Shown piece by piece: positions 63,599 to 64,000 of a DNA stretch of 64,000 nucleotides. The first letter of the stretch is position 1. The number at the start of each line of letters is the position of its first letter. Source of the stretch: Trueperaceae bacterium (GTDB lineage Bacteria > Deinococcota > Deinococci > Deinococcales > Trueperaceae); contig JAXHLW010000013.1 in assembly GCA_034521815.1 (NCBI GenBank), positions 1,312,001-1,376,000 on the forward strand, given 5' to 3'. The position numbers and the translations under genes are program-made. Below the pieces are notes generated by a model. That model worked only from the letters and a program-made list of their open reading frames with translations. It had not been told where the DNA came from and searched no databases.

Positions 63599-64000
63599 GT
63601 GAACGACTGGAAACGCATCCTGATCATCATGTTCGTCGCCCAGCTGCTGTCGGCGATCGGCTTCTCGATGATCTTTCCGTTCCTGCCCAACTACGTCGCG
63701 TCGCTGGGAAGCGCCTGGGGGCTCGACCTGGTGTTCCTTGCCGGCGCCGTGTTCAGCGCGCAGGCGCTCACGATGATGCTGGCCTCGCCGGTCTGGGGCG
63801 CCGTCGCGGACCGGGTCGGGCGGAAGCCGATGGTCCAGCGCGCGCTGTTCGGTGGCGCCGCCGTCGTGCTGGCGATGGCGTTCGCTCGCAGCGCGGAGGA
63901 GCTCGTCCTGCTGCGCGCCCTGCAGGGGGTGATGACCGGCATCGTCTCGGCAGGAAACGCGCTGGTGGCGTCCGTAGCGCCGCGCGAGCGATCGGGCTTC
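63599..64000 (+). CDS. MFS transporter (MdtG/DHA1-like), partial
   Basis: GTG start; WKRILIIMFVAQ, PFLP, SPVWGAVADRVGRKPMVQR, LRALQG. Confidence 0.88.
   Translation, partial: MNDWKRILIIMFVAQLLSAIGFSMIFPFLPNYVASLGSAWGLDLVFLAGAVFSAQALTMMLASPVWGAVADRVGRKPMVQRALFGGAAVVLAMAFARSAEELVLLRALQGVMTGIVSAGNALVASVAPRERSGF

Overview
Very GC-rich bacterial chromosomal segment with about 57 CDS and one initiator tRNA-Met. It has no integrase, IS, prophage or CRISPR array. Gene content and style point to Deinococcota, probably Trueperaceae-like (inference): MurE without the DNPR motif, compact Mfd, futalosine pathway, MutS2, a HAIR-like box at hsp20, many TANNNT -10 hexamers directly before start codons, and acidic secreted proteins. 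Housekeeping genes include serA, recG, alr, murE, pdp, era, mfd, rsmI, acnA, trxA, mqnC, mreB, ggt, mutS2 and pta, plus ABC/MFS/MATE transporters. The most unusual locus is 40095-46671. There a 1064-aa protein with an HTH-like N-terminus, a P-loop (intact Walker A, His in place of the Walker B acid) and TPR-like repeats is translationally coupled to a Bacillus-type acuA-acuB-acuC lysine acetylation module and a beta-hydroxyacid dehydrogenase, with no acs gene in the window. Other notable items: a four-tract G-quadruplex motif upstream of mfd, an ankyrin-M23 fusion, an ABC permease with an inserted binding-protein-like lobe, a CstR-type (C-x-C) repressor with a coupled upstream peptide, and an unannotated 42-aa membrane protein. 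Three genes carry single-base frameshifts, probably sequencing errors. All protein family calls are from motif recognition, not database searches.
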